From the NCBI GenBank assembly GCA_964525635.1, contig CAZGJX010000002.1:76124-113366 (forward strand): 37,243 nucleotides of DNA, given 5' to 3'. The translations under genes were made by a program, and so were the position numbers. The notes under the pieces are model-generated. The model was not told where the DNA came from. It did not search any database and saw nothing but the letters and a program-made list of their open reading frames with translations. The stretch is from an uncultured archaeon. GTDB taxonomy: Archaea; Asgardarchaeota; Lokiarchaeia; Sigyniarchaeales; SOKP01. Positions 27,113-36,824 of the stretch are shown one piece after another (the stretch's first letter is position 1; every line of letters starts with the position of its first letter).

Positions 27113-27973
27113 ATGGATAAATTACTCGATGGTAAAAAATTAGCCAATGAATTAAACTTAAAACTAAAGCAGGAACTTCTTCTTTTAGAAAAAAAAACTA
27201 CTATTCAACCGAAATTAGCTACTATATTAGTTGGAGAAGATCCAGCTTCAAAAATTTATGTTAATATTAAACATAAAACTTGTACTGAAGTTGGAATTGA
27301 TTCAAAAATGGTTTCTCTAAGAAAAGATATATCTATTGCTGAATTGCATAAAGAAATTGAAAAACTAAATGCTGATAAATCTGTACATGGGATATTATTA
27401 CAACTACCTTTACCAAATCATCTAAAAGATTATACTAATCAATTTTTACAAGAGATAGAAACAAAAAAAGACGTTGATGGCTTTAATTATATAAATAGAG
27501 GAAAACTTTTCGATTATGATGAAGAATTAGCTCCATGTACTCCAAAGGGAATAATCACTTTATTAGAAAGAAATAATATTGAAATTAAAGGTAAGGATAT
27601 CACTATAATTAATCGATCAAATTTAGTGGGTAAACCCTTAATATTTATGTTTTTAAAAAGAAATGCTACTATTTCAGTATGTCATACATCGACAAAAGAT
27701 ATAAATCGATATATAAAACAAGCAGATATTTTAATTATAGCTGTGGGGCATCCTAATTTTATAACTAAAGAAAAAATCAAGGAAGGAGTTGTAATAATTG
27801 ATGTTGGAACAAATAGAGTAAATGGAAAAATATGCGGAGATGTTGATTTCGAAGGTGTATTTGATATTTGTGGGAAGATCACACCAGTTCCCGGGGGAGT
27901 TGGACCAATGACTGTCGCTTCTTTACTTCAAAATACTATGAGTGCTTATAAAACACAATTAGGTATCAATTAA
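27113..27973 (+). CDS. folD: methylene-THF dehydrogenase / cyclohydrolase
   Basis: ILVGEDPAS, GILLQLPLP, KDVDG, PCTPKG, RSNLVGKP, ITPVPGGVGPMT. Confidence 0.96.
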   Translation: MDKLLDGKKLANELNLKLKQELLLLEKKTTIQPKLATILVGEDPASKIYVNIKHKTCTEVGIDSKMVSLRKDISIAELHKEIEKLNADKSVHGILLQLPLPNHLKDYTNQFLQEIETKKDVDGFNYINRGKLFDYDEELAPCTPKGIITLLERNNIEIKGKDITIINRSNLVGKPLIFMFLKRNATISVCHTSTKDINRYIKQADILIIAVGHPNFITKEKIKEGVVIIDVGTNRVNGKICGDVDFEGVFDICGKITPVPGGVGPMTVASLLQNTMSAYKTQLGIN

Positions 27974-28090
27974 GCAATTATGTATTAGTAAAAAAAAAAG
28001 TATTAAAATAAATTATATCTATAAGATATATATAGTCTTATATTATCATTAGAATTTAGTATTATAATATTGAATAAATTTTCTTGAATT

Positions 28091-28552
28091 ATGGCTGTAC
28101 TTGAAATTGGAATTAATTTAGGAAATAGGAATATCTTTGAAATTCAATACTATACAGCTTCAACTAATCCCTTAGATCCTGACTTAAGAGCGGGATTTCT
28201 TTCTGCATTAGAAAGTTTCACATCAGAAGTTTTCGGTGATGATATAAATGTTGTTTCCTTGGCTTCTTTTAAATTAGTTTGTTATTCAGAATCGATTACT
28301 TTGCCTCTAGCAGAAGAAGCAGGTAGTAAACAAGCTTTATTATATTATGCAATTATTGAAAAAGAAACTGATACAGATGTTGTAAAAAAACATTTAATAG
28401 AAATTAATAAACACTTTTTAAACCGTTTTTCTTTGAATGATATCTTTTCTAAAAAGAAAAAATTTTTTGAAAAGAAGTTCACTGAAAGAATAGATAGTAT
28501 TTTAGGAGATTTAAAGTTAAAGACGGAGGATAGATTCAGATCTATATTTTAA
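28091..28552 (+). CDS. longin-like domain protein
   Basis: LRAGFLSALESFTSEVFGDDINVVSL matches the longin alpha1-beta3 pattern common in Asgard proteins; beta-beta-alpha-beta-beta-beta-alpha-alpha layout. Confidence 0.72.
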   Translation: MAVLEIGINLGNRNIFEIQYYTASTNPLDPDLRAGFLSALESFTSEVFGDDINVVSLASFKLVCYSESITLPLAEEAGSKQALLYYAIIEKETDTDVVKKHLIEINKHFLNRFSLNDIFSKKKKFFEKKFTERIDSILGDLKLKTEDRFRSIF

Positions 28553-28571
28553 ATCAAAAAGAGTGATTTAA

Positions 28572-29747
28572 TTGTCTTCTAACATCGGTCCCGAAGCAAA
28601 TGCAGCATATCAAAAATATCTGGATGCTGAATCCCTCGAGGAACAAATCAGATGTCTTGAAGAATTTATATCTTTAGTTCCTAAACATAAAGCAACAGAA
28701 AAAATTGTTGCATTAAATAAGTCTAAACTCGCTAAACTTAAAAGACAATTGGAGATAAAAAAAAAAAAATCACCCACTAAAGTTGTTAGTCCATTTTCTA
28801 TAAAAAAAGAGGGTATACAAATAATATTAATAAGTGATTATTATACTCCAGGGGTAGGGAAAACATCATTACTCAATTTTTTAACGAAAGCTGCCAAAGA
28901 TAAAATTGGTAGTTTTAATGCTCTCCCTGAAATAGGTATATATAATTATGAAAAGATAAGATTTCAAATTGTTGATATGCCTTCATTAATGAAAGGTGCA
29001 TCTAAGGGAGTTGCAAATGGAAAAGAAATAATATCACAAATTAGAGCATGTGACCTAATTTGTTTATGTATCGATTTAACGAGAAATATTGATGAACAAA
29101 TCGATTTATTATTTACAGAACTAAATAATGCAGACGTTAAATTAAATGAACCTCCACCTCCAATTGAGATTGAGAAAACCGGTTCTAATAATATTCAACT
29201 TTTTTATTTAACGACCGAATCTAAGGAAAATATGGAATTATCAGATAAGATAAAGGAGATTATTCGAGCTAATGGAATACAAAATTGTATTGTAAAATTA
29301 TATGGAAGAATAACAATTGATCAAATTCTTGACAAATTAAACCATTCTGTTGTCTATAAAAAAGCAATTATAATTGGAACTAAAGGTGATCTTCCCCATA
29401 CAGAAGAAAAGTTTGAGTTATTGGAAAAAAAGTATTCATATAATTTTAGGTTGGTAGCAACTAGTGTTCATAAAAGTATTTTTCCAGATAATTTTGGAGA
29501 ATTAGTATTACAATTGTTAAATAAAATTAGAATATATACTATGAATTCAGGTATTGTGGCTGAAAGACCCCTAATTATGAATGAAGAGGCAATGGTAAAA
29601 GATGTTGCATTGAAAATACACAGAACTTTTGTAGAGTTATTCGATTTTGCTACCGTTATAAGAGAGTCTGCTCGACAAAAACGTAAAAAAGTTGGTTTAG
29701 ATTATGAATTAGAGGATAAAGATAAAATTGAAATTCATACCATTTAA
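28572..29747 (+). CDS. DRG/OBG-family GTPase with C-terminal TGS domain, degenerate G motifs
   Basis: PKHKATE, VGKTSLL, QIVDMP, GASKG..NGKEII, VKDVALKIH, VGLDYELEDKDKIEI. Confidence 0.88.
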   Translation: MSSNIGPEANAAYQKYLDAESLEEQIRCLEEFISLVPKHKATEKIVALNKSKLAKLKRQLEIKKKKSPTKVVSPFSIKKEGIQIILISDYYTPGVGKTSLLNFLTKAAKDKIGSFNALPEIGIYNYEKIRFQIVDMPSLMKGASKGVANGKEIISQIRACDLICLCIDLTRNIDEQIDLLFTELNNADVKLNEPPPPIEIEKTGSNNIQLFYLTTESKENMELSDKIKEIIRANGIQNCIVKLYGRITIDQILDKLNHSVVYKKAIIIGTKGDLPHTEEKFELLEKKYSYNFRLVATSVHKSIFPDNFGELVLQLLNKIRIYTMNSGIVAERPLIMNEEAMVKDVALKIHRTFVELFDFATVIRESARQKRKKVGLDYELEDKDKIEIHTI

Positions 29748-29906
29748 TTTTAACATTTCCACGATTTTAGTAGCATTTCTCAAAAATAAATTATTAATTG
29801 CATATTAAATATATCCAAATCGACAAGTAGAATTAGCATAATCTTTCTAATAATAATAAGGAAGCATACTACTAAGTATATAAATGATTAATAATCTTAT
29901 TTTTCT

Positions 29907-32585
29907 TTATCCTTTTATTTTTTCAATTAGAAGAGGAATTTCTTTTAATTCATTTTTATATTCAGTGTCTAAATTGTGAATTCCCTTAGCGATGTTCTTA
30001 ATACTCTCAAATGAATAAATTAAATTCTCAAAATAATCAATTAAATCTCCCTTAAAGATTAAAAGACTATATTTTTCCTCTAAATATTGATGAATATCTC
30101 CAATTGAGAATTTATCTTCTGTTCTTAATTTTAGGATTATTTGTTCAAGATTCAGACGTCCGCATTCTTTAGCACAATAGGGTTTATCTTTACAAGAACA
30201 AGTAAAAATATCATCTATCCATTTAATGACCAGATTAATAAAAGTTTGAGAAAACTTTTTTCTTTTTTTCACATATTCTGCATCCATCAATGATAAAACA
30301 CTCGCACTAAAAAAGTTATTAGAAAAGTATTTCATTCTCACATTTTTAGAAAGGTCAGCAACAACACTTTTAGATAAATATACATTCCTCAAAGATCTTA
30401 GATTTAAAACAATTTCTCTTATTGTCTGTTTTTTATTTTTTATCACGTCTATAATATCAATTGCCTTTTCTATGTTAAGAAAAGATTTTGCAATTGCTTG
30501 TCCTAATTCTGTAGGTTTTATAAAGGTATTATTTTCTCGTAGAATTAGTTTTTTTTCAAGTAATTTTTTGATTAAAATATCAATTTTATAATCCCCATTA
30601 ATTAAATAGTTATAAAACCTATCTATTGTCTCTTGTCTAATACCCTCATTAAAACTTGAAATTAGAGCTAATAATTCCGTTAGAGATCGATCTTCATTAG
30701 GTTCTAATTCGAAATCTTTTATTTTTCCATTAAGGAGTTTGATTGCAATATTTTCCTCAGTAATTTCCATCCTTGGATTATATATTTTTTCAGGTTGAAC
30801 AAGTAAATAAGCTCTCCCTAATTCATGTTTTTTTAATCTTCCAGCACGACCTAACATTTGTTCAAATTCTGCAACAGTTAACCATTTAGTTCCCATAGCT
30901 AGCGACTCAAAAATAACCTGACTTGCAGGTAAGTCAACACCCGCTGCTAGTGCTGCTGTGGCAACAACTCCAGATATTTTTTGATTTTGAAAATCAGATT
31001 CAATTATTTTTCTTTCCTCATTAGTTAATCCTGAATGATATGATCTTACATTAAGCCCTTTATTTTGAAGATATCTTGTAATTGATTCACACTTTTTTCT
31101 AGCATGTGTGAAAATTATTGATTGTCCCCGGAATCCATATTTAGATTTCTTCGAAAATGCGGCTCTACCTAAATTATGAATATAATTTAATTTCTTATTT
31201 TCATTTTGGCATAAAATCAAATGTCTTTCTATTGGAACAGGTCTATTTGTATATCGAATTAAATTACAATCTAATTTTTTTGCTAATATTTCAGGTTCTC
31301 CAATAGTGGCACTTAAGTATAGATATTGAACATCTTCAAAAATAGTTTTTACTCTTGCTATTAATCCATCAAGAAGAAATCCACGTTCAGGATCTATTAA
31401 AGTTTGAATTTCATCTATAATGATTGTTGATATAATTCCAAGAATTTCTTTATTTCCACTTCTTAAAATATAATCTATCGCTTCATAAGTGGCTATGATG
31501 ATATTTGCCTCTGTTAAATCCTCTATATTGTCTAAATAAAATTTATCCAAAAGAGATTCTCCAACTCTCTTGATAACCTTTAAATTTAAAGATTTATATT
31601 TCTCTTTAAATTCTATTTCTCGCATATTAGCTAAAGCGACTATAGGAACTAAATAGAGCATTTTTTTACTAGGATCCTTTAATAATTTTTTAATGCCCGT
31701 TAATTCTCCAATTAAGGTTTTACCTCCTGAAGTTGGAGCCATAACTAACTGATTTACATTTTCTGAGAGTAATCCTTTATCAATAGATATTGCCTGAATG
31801 GGTAATAGTTTAGAAATATTTCTTTTTTTTAATATTATTTTCAAAGATTGAGGTATATCTAAATCATCTATCTTGTAATCCAGATATTTTTTACTTACAG
31901 GTATATCCTTTTCAACATCATATAACGTTATACTATTGTTCTTAATTGGATTAAAATCTGGTTTAAATGATTCTAACACTTTTTTCACATCTTTAAACTT
32001 CAATATAAGATGAGTAAAAAAATTCTTTAATTTTGGATTTATTTTCTTAGTTGAAAGGAGATTTCTTATTTGAGCCTGTCGTAATACAATCTCTATTGCA
32101 CATTTAGGACAGATTTTGTTATTTTTAATTGAAGTAATTTGATATCCTTTATCTAGAATTTTAAAATTATTATTATCCAAACAGATTTTACAAAAAGTTA
32201 ACTTAATTACTTTCTCTTGCTGAAATTGCAAATTATCCAACATGATTAAAATCGATTGATTATCATCTGGATTACTATATTCCGAAAAGGCAACATATTG
32301 ATTCTCTTCAGAGAGTATAAACTTCTTAAAAAGTTTAGGATCCACAGGTTGTACCCCTCCATCCAATAATATTTTATCAAATTTTAAGGGTCTTAATTTA
32401 TTTTTAAAATCCAATCCAATTATTACAACCCCTCTAAAAAATGGATTAGAAATATAAGAAAACGACTTTTTACCAATTTTTTTTAATGATTTGATATAAA
32501 AGAAATTAACATTAAATTTGTTCTGTTTCTTATCTTTTTGATCCCTATCTATAACAATGAAATATTTTTTCTTAATCGTTTTCAT
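29907..32585 (-). CDS. SF2 Ski2-like helicase, archaeal ASH-Ski2 type
   Basis: APTSGGKT, DEIQ, LSAT, YHSGL, AAGVDLPA, QMLGRAGR; N-terminal CxxC pairs and C-terminal CSC..PYC...CG. Confidence 0.9.
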   Translation of the reverse strand: MKTIKKKYFIVIDRDQKDKKQNKFNVNFFYIKSLKKIGKKSFSYISNPFFRGVVIIGLDFKNKLRPLKFDKILLDGGVQPVDPKLFKKFILSEENQYVAFSEYSNPDDNQSILIMLDNLQFQQEKVIKLTFCKICLDNNNFKILDKGYQITSIKNNKICPKCAIEIVLRQAQIRNLLSTKKINPKLKNFFTHLILKFKDVKKVLESFKPDFNPIKNNSITLYDVEKDIPVSKKYLDYKIDDLDIPQSLKIILKKRNISKLLPIQAISIDKGLLSENVNQLVMAPTSGGKTLIGELTGIKKLLKDPSKKMLYLVPIVALANMREIEFKEKYKSLNLKVIKRVGESLLDKFYLDNIEDLTEANIIIATYEAIDYILRSGNKEILGIISTIIIDEIQTLIDPERGFLLDGLIARVKTIFEDVQYLYLSATIGEPEILAKKLDCNLIRYTNRPVPIERHLILCQNENKKLNYIHNLGRAAFSKKSKYGFRGQSIIFTHARKKCESITRYLQNKGLNVRSYHSGLTNEERKIIESDFQNQKISGVVATAALAAGVDLPASQVIFESLAMGTKWLTVAEFEQMLGRAGRLKKHELGRAYLLVQPEKIYNPRMEITEENIAIKLLNGKIKDFELEPNEDRSLTELLALISSFNEGIRQETIDRFYNYLINGDYKIDILIKKLLEKKLILRENNTFIKPTELGQAIAKSFLNIEKAIDIIDVIKNKKQTIREIVLNLRSLRNVYLSKSVVADLSKNVRMKYFSNNFFSASVLSLMDAEYVKKRKKFSQTFINLVIKWIDDIFTCSCKDKPYCAKECGRLNLEQIILKLRTEDKFSIGDIHQYLEEKYSLLIFKGDLIDYFENLIYSFESIKNIAKGIHNLDTEYKNELKEIPLLIEKIKG

Positions 32586-32771
32586 CTCTAAAAAGAATTG
32601 AGTAAATGATTGATATCTTACATAAAATAATATAATATTGAATAAAGAGTTTATTTTCTCTCAATTATGGAGTATTCTTCTAAACCATTCTGTTATTGAA
32701 AGAATATCTTCATATTATAATATTTTCTAGTAGTGGGTAGAATTTATATTGATATAAAAAGAAAAGAGATG

Positions 32772-32933
32772 TTAGAAGCCAAAAATTTGTTTGATTTGAT
32801 CATAGATCCCTTTAATTTCTCTAAGTTTAGTTTCATCCCCCGAATTTAGATAATGTTCAATCCACTGGGCTAAACCATCATTTTGAATCCACTGTAAAAA
32901 ATATTCTACTGATTGTTTATCTTCTTCTGACAT
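32772..32933 (-). CDS. small acidic helical protein (53 aa), below ORF-track cutoff
   Basis: MSEEDKQSVEYFLQWIQNDGLAQWIEHYLNSGDETKLREIKGIYDQIKQIFGF*; followed by T-rich tract. Confidence 0.7.
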   Translation of the reverse strand: MSEEDKQSVEYFLQWIQNDGLAQWIEHYLNSGDETKLREIKGIYDQIKQIFGF

Positions 32934-33095
32934 AGTTAAAAATATTTACTTAATTATAATTATTATCTTATTATAAAAAATATAGTCAAAATACTTAAAA
33001 TTATTTATCTTAAAAAAAATATAGAATAATTATAAATTGTAATATTTATAAAAGATATCTAATAACACTAAAAAAAAAAAGGAAAATGAAGAATT

Positions 33096-34049
33096 ATGCC
33101 TGATGTAACTATAAAAACCCCGAATTTGGACGATATATTTGAAAAATGGAAACAAATTACCAGTCGTAAAGAAAGAAAAAAACTAGAAAAAGAATTTGGT
33201 ACTAAAGGAGCAGTTTTCTCACTCGATGTTATCTCTGCAGCTGAAACCGTAAAGGATACAATGAAAGAAGCCGCTATATATTTTGCAATTAAAAAATCCA
33301 TTGAACCCGTAAAAGAAGGAGAGAAAGAAATCGTTTTAAAAGCAGATAAAGTAAGTAAAGGGATATTTTTTAATTTTAAGAAAGATGTCCTTAAAGATAA
33401 TTGGAATGACGATGATTTGGTTCCATTTTATAATACTCTTAAACCAAAACCTTGTCAAAAATGCAATGGTAAAGGATATCATGAAGAAAAATGCAAGATC
33501 TGCGATGGAACAGGGAAAGTTATAGATAAAGTAATTGTATTAGAAGATGAAGAAAAAAACAAACTAAAAAAAGAGTTTCAATATTCCTGTGAAAATTGTT
33601 ATGGAATGGGTAATTTTAAAGAAAGATGTAAGGAATGTAATGGTGCTAAAAGTCTTTATACGTATCAACTTAAAGCTGTTCCGTTTAAGAGAGTTGTTTC
33701 AGGTCAACCTGTCTTACATAGTAGTGCAAAAACAAAATATGAGAAAGAAATTGAAAAAGATCTTCATCAATTAATTGATGAAGTAGAAGGAATTAAATTT
33801 AACGACTTTAAAACATTAACCAATAAAGCTGAAGCTTCATTAGGGTATTGGAATAAAAATATCAAAAAAACTATCTCTAGCGCTAGTTCGGATTATAAAA
33901 CGTATGAAAAAGATAAAGATACAAAAATCGAAACGAAAATATCTTTGTTTCCAATGATTCAGATGTTTTGTGAGTCTAAGAAAGGAAAATCTTTTGAAAT
34001 TTATTCAATAGGTTCAGATAAAAAGTTTATTGTGTATTCTAATTTTTAA
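33096..34049 (+). CDS. DnaJ-type CxxCxGxG zinc-finger protein lacking a J domain (SSUH2-like)
   Basis: CQKCNGKG, CKICDGTG, CENCYGMG, CKECNGAK; no HPD motif. Confidence 0.8.
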   Translation: MPDVTIKTPNLDDIFEKWKQITSRKERKKLEKEFGTKGAVFSLDVISAAETVKDTMKEAAIYFAIKKSIEPVKEGEKEIVLKADKVSKGIFFNFKKDVLKDNWNDDDLVPFYNTLKPKPCQKCNGKGYHEEKCKICDGTGKVIDKVIVLEDEEKNKLKKEFQYSCENCYGMGNFKERCKECNGAKSLYTYQLKAVPFKRVVSGQPVLHSSAKTKYEKEIEKDLHQLIDEVEGIKFNDFKTLTNKAEASLGYWNKNIKKTISSASSDYKTYEKDKDTKIETKISLFPMIQMFCESKKGKSFEIYSIGSDKKFIVYSNF

Positions 34050-34343
34050 ACCTTTTTTTTCTCAGAACCATTTAATATTTACTTTTTTTTTATGGTTATG
34101 ATTACAGGAATCATTAACTTCTTTTTAAAACTAAAAGTAATTTTTAAAGGTCTAAAAATGGCCAGAATTTAAGTAAGTTTAAGTTTGGAAGTGAAATTGG
34201 GGTCTATTTAGAGGAAATAATATTAATTTCATTTAATCTTAAAATTTTTAAATCTTAATTAATTAAAAATATCATCATTTTAATTGAAAAGATATAATTA
34301 ATCATCAAAAAATAATCACTAATAAACCTAATTTGTAATTACC

Positions 34344-35324
34344 ATGATTCAAGAAGATATAGACGCAGACTCTTTTAAAATTAGAATGAAACTAATAGAA
34401 GAATTCCCAAAATTTATTCCTGAATTAAACTATAACTCAAATAATCAGTTAGCAATAAATAAAATAAGTTTTAAAGCCCGTCTACTAAGTAATTTTTTCT
34501 ATAAGCGAATAGAAAAGAATGATCTTATTTATTTTAAGTATCGAAGTGGAAAAATACAATTCATGCCACTATTTAGTTTAACAAAAGCATTAGCTTGTTA
34601 TAATGATTACATAAAAAAAAAAGATAAAAATGACCTCAAATCTTTTATAAAAATATCTGAATTGATGATTAAGAAACTTGAAAAGAGAAATAGTATAAAT
34701 GGTTGGTTATTCAAAAAAAAAATTATTATGGCAGGATATCCCCCTGCTACGAATAGTTATTCTGCTTTGTTCAATGCACGCGGATTGAGTGTTTTAATAA
34801 GATATTATCAATTCCAAAAAAGTAAAACATTATTAAAACAAATAGAAGAAATACTTAATTCTTTCGAAATTGAAAGTAATAAAGGAGGGGTGCTTAAAAA
34901 AAAAGGAAAAGATAAATGGTATCTAGAGTATTCTTATGGAAATAATACTCCTGTTGTATATAATGGTTTTTTAAGCGCACTTATAGGGCTCTATGAAACA
35001 AGTCAATTTGGGCCAGTAGAAATAAGAAAAAAAGCAAATACACTGTTTAACGACGGTCTTAAAACTCTTGAAAATAATATTGAGAATATCATTATGAAAA
35101 ATTCTCTATTAACATGGTTAAGATATGATGATAATAAGCAATTTTTTGCAGATGGTAACTATTTCAATATTAAACTTAAACAAATTAAATATTTATATTC
35201 TAAGACAAATAATATAAAACTTTTGACAACCATAAATCATTGGGAAAATATATATAAAAAAAACAAATGGAAAGCAAATTTATATGAATGGTTTTATTTT
35301 ATATATAAAAAACTCACTAGATAA
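34344..35324 (+). CDS. D-glucuronyl C5-epimerase C-terminal domain protein
   Basis: YSALFNARGLSVLIRYY, KGGV, WYLEYS, VYNGFLSALIGLYE, LFNDGLKTL, WLRYD. Confidence 0.82.
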   Translation: MIQEDIDADSFKIRMKLIEEFPKFIPELNYNSNNQLAINKISFKARLLSNFFYKRIEKNDLIYFKYRSGKIQFMPLFSLTKALACYNDYIKKKDKNDLKSFIKISELMIKKLEKRNSINGWLFKKKIIMAGYPPATNSYSALFNARGLSVLIRYYQFQKSKTLLKQIEEILNSFEIESNKGGVLKKKGKDKWYLEYSYGNNTPVVYNGFLSALIGLYETSQFGPVEIRKKANTLFNDGLKTLENNIENIIMKNSLLTWLRYDDNKQFFADGNYFNIKLKQIKYLYSKTNNIKLLTTINHWENIYKKNKWKANLYEWFYFIYKKLTR

Positions 35325-35508
35325 ACTTTTATTTGGCTTGTAAAATCCTTGAGAAGGATAGATAGAATAATAAAATAGAAGTTAAAATATATTTATCTCT
35401 AATGATTCAGATGTTCTATGAGTCTAAGAGAGAAAAATCATTTTAAATCTGTTCTATAAATTAAGATATAGATAATATAGTATACTCGAATTATTAATTC
35501 CTTTTTTA

Positions 35509-36108
35509 TTATAAAAAATTACTAATAATGAAAAGATAGAAAATTATACCAATAATATATAATATAAGATTCCCCAAAGTTACAGCAAGAATGATTTTTC
35601 TAAATGAGATATAATTCTTAATATTCCCCCCACCATAATATAAATCATGAAATTTTTCTTCTCTGTTTCCTTTAGCATCATAAAATTTTTGAATTCTATT
35701 TTCTATTTTTCCCTACATTTCAAGATATAAAACTTTAAAAAAATAATTATAATAATAAGATTCTGCTATAATTAATATAATTCCAAATAATAAAGAAAAT
35801 AGAAAGTAAGATATTAATCCCTTATACTGAATTTGTATTAAAAATATTGTAATTTGAGATATTGAAAAAGTGAGTTGTTTTATTAGGAGGATATTTTTTA
35901 AAAGTTTTAATTTATTTCTTTTACTTCTTACATTTATCATTAGAAATATGATAAATTGAATAAAAGAAATAATTAAAAAAAAAACAAAATAAGATAAAAA
36001 AAGATATTTAAATGTTGATGAGAGATAACATGCGACAAGAATGCCCATTATAGCTAAATAATATATGAAAAAATAACAAATCTGGGTTAAAGTTAATTTA
36101 ACTTTCAT
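35509..36108 (-). pseudogene. multi-pass membrane protein interrupted by one in-frame TAG (35713-35715)
   Basis: 131-aa hydrophobic ORF; the frame stays open 67 more codons after TAG, ending in a TM helix and TAA at 35509-35511. Confidence 0.55.
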
Positions 36109-36207
36109 ATTAGAATATAAATCTAAAATTGAATTTATTTATTATTATCCTAACCTTTATTATAAATATAAAACAACGTATCTTTAATATTCTCTATTCA
36201 TAATTAT

Positions 36208-36666
36208 ATGATGGAATTAAATATAAGGAAAATAAAAGAAGATGACTTGGAAGAATTACTAGATTTATATCAATTTCTGCATCCTATGGATATAACAATA
36301 GAACCAAATGATAAAATTATAAATATATGGAAAGAAATTTTGAATAATTCTCTAATAAATATATTTCTTGTTGAATATAAAAGCAAAATTGTTTCTTCTT
36401 GCGTGTTAAATATTATTCCTAATTTAACTAAAAGTGGTAGACCTTATGCTCTTATAGAAAATGTCATAACGCATCCAGATTTTCGAAAACATGGATATGC
36501 AAAATACTTGCTTAATTATGTAATTGATTATTCTAAAAGAAAAAACTGTTATAAAATAATGTTGTTATCTTCAAAACACCGTCCTGAAGCTCATAAATTA
36601 TATGAGAAAGTTGGATTAAATAAAGATAAGAAATACGGCTTTGTTTTATATCTAAATAATAAGTAA
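36208..36666 (+). CDS. GNAT family N-acetyltransferase
   Basis: IENVITHPDFRKHGYA, CYKIML, AHKLYEKVG. Confidence 0.92.
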   Translation: MMELNIRKIKEDDLEELLDLYQFLHPMDITIEPNDKIINIWKEILNNSLINIFLVEYKSKIVSSCVLNIIPNLTKSGRPYALIENVITHPDFRKHGYAKYLLNYVIDYSKRKNCYKIMLLSSKHRPEAHKLYEKVGLNKDKKYGFVLYLNNK

Positions 36667-36824
36667 TTTAAAAATTTCTTTTTATAATTAGAGCTGAAAT
36701 AGCATTAAAAAATAAATATTACCTCGAATTACTTATCTCGTAGAAAAAGTATTCGTAGTAAAATATAACAATAATATTATATTTTCTAGAAATAATAAAA
36801 AGCATTTATAAAGAGAATAATAAG

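Noticed and set aside
22541-33774. ORFs 22541-22732, 25066-25257, 27682-27882, 33068-33301 and 33589-33774
   Set aside because: Antisense or out-of-frame overlaps of clearly real genes.
34140-34215. Slightly G-rich intergenic patch with GGGGTCT, echoed by AGACCCC near 15297
   Set aside because: The match is too short, with no paired inverted repeat or target duplication.
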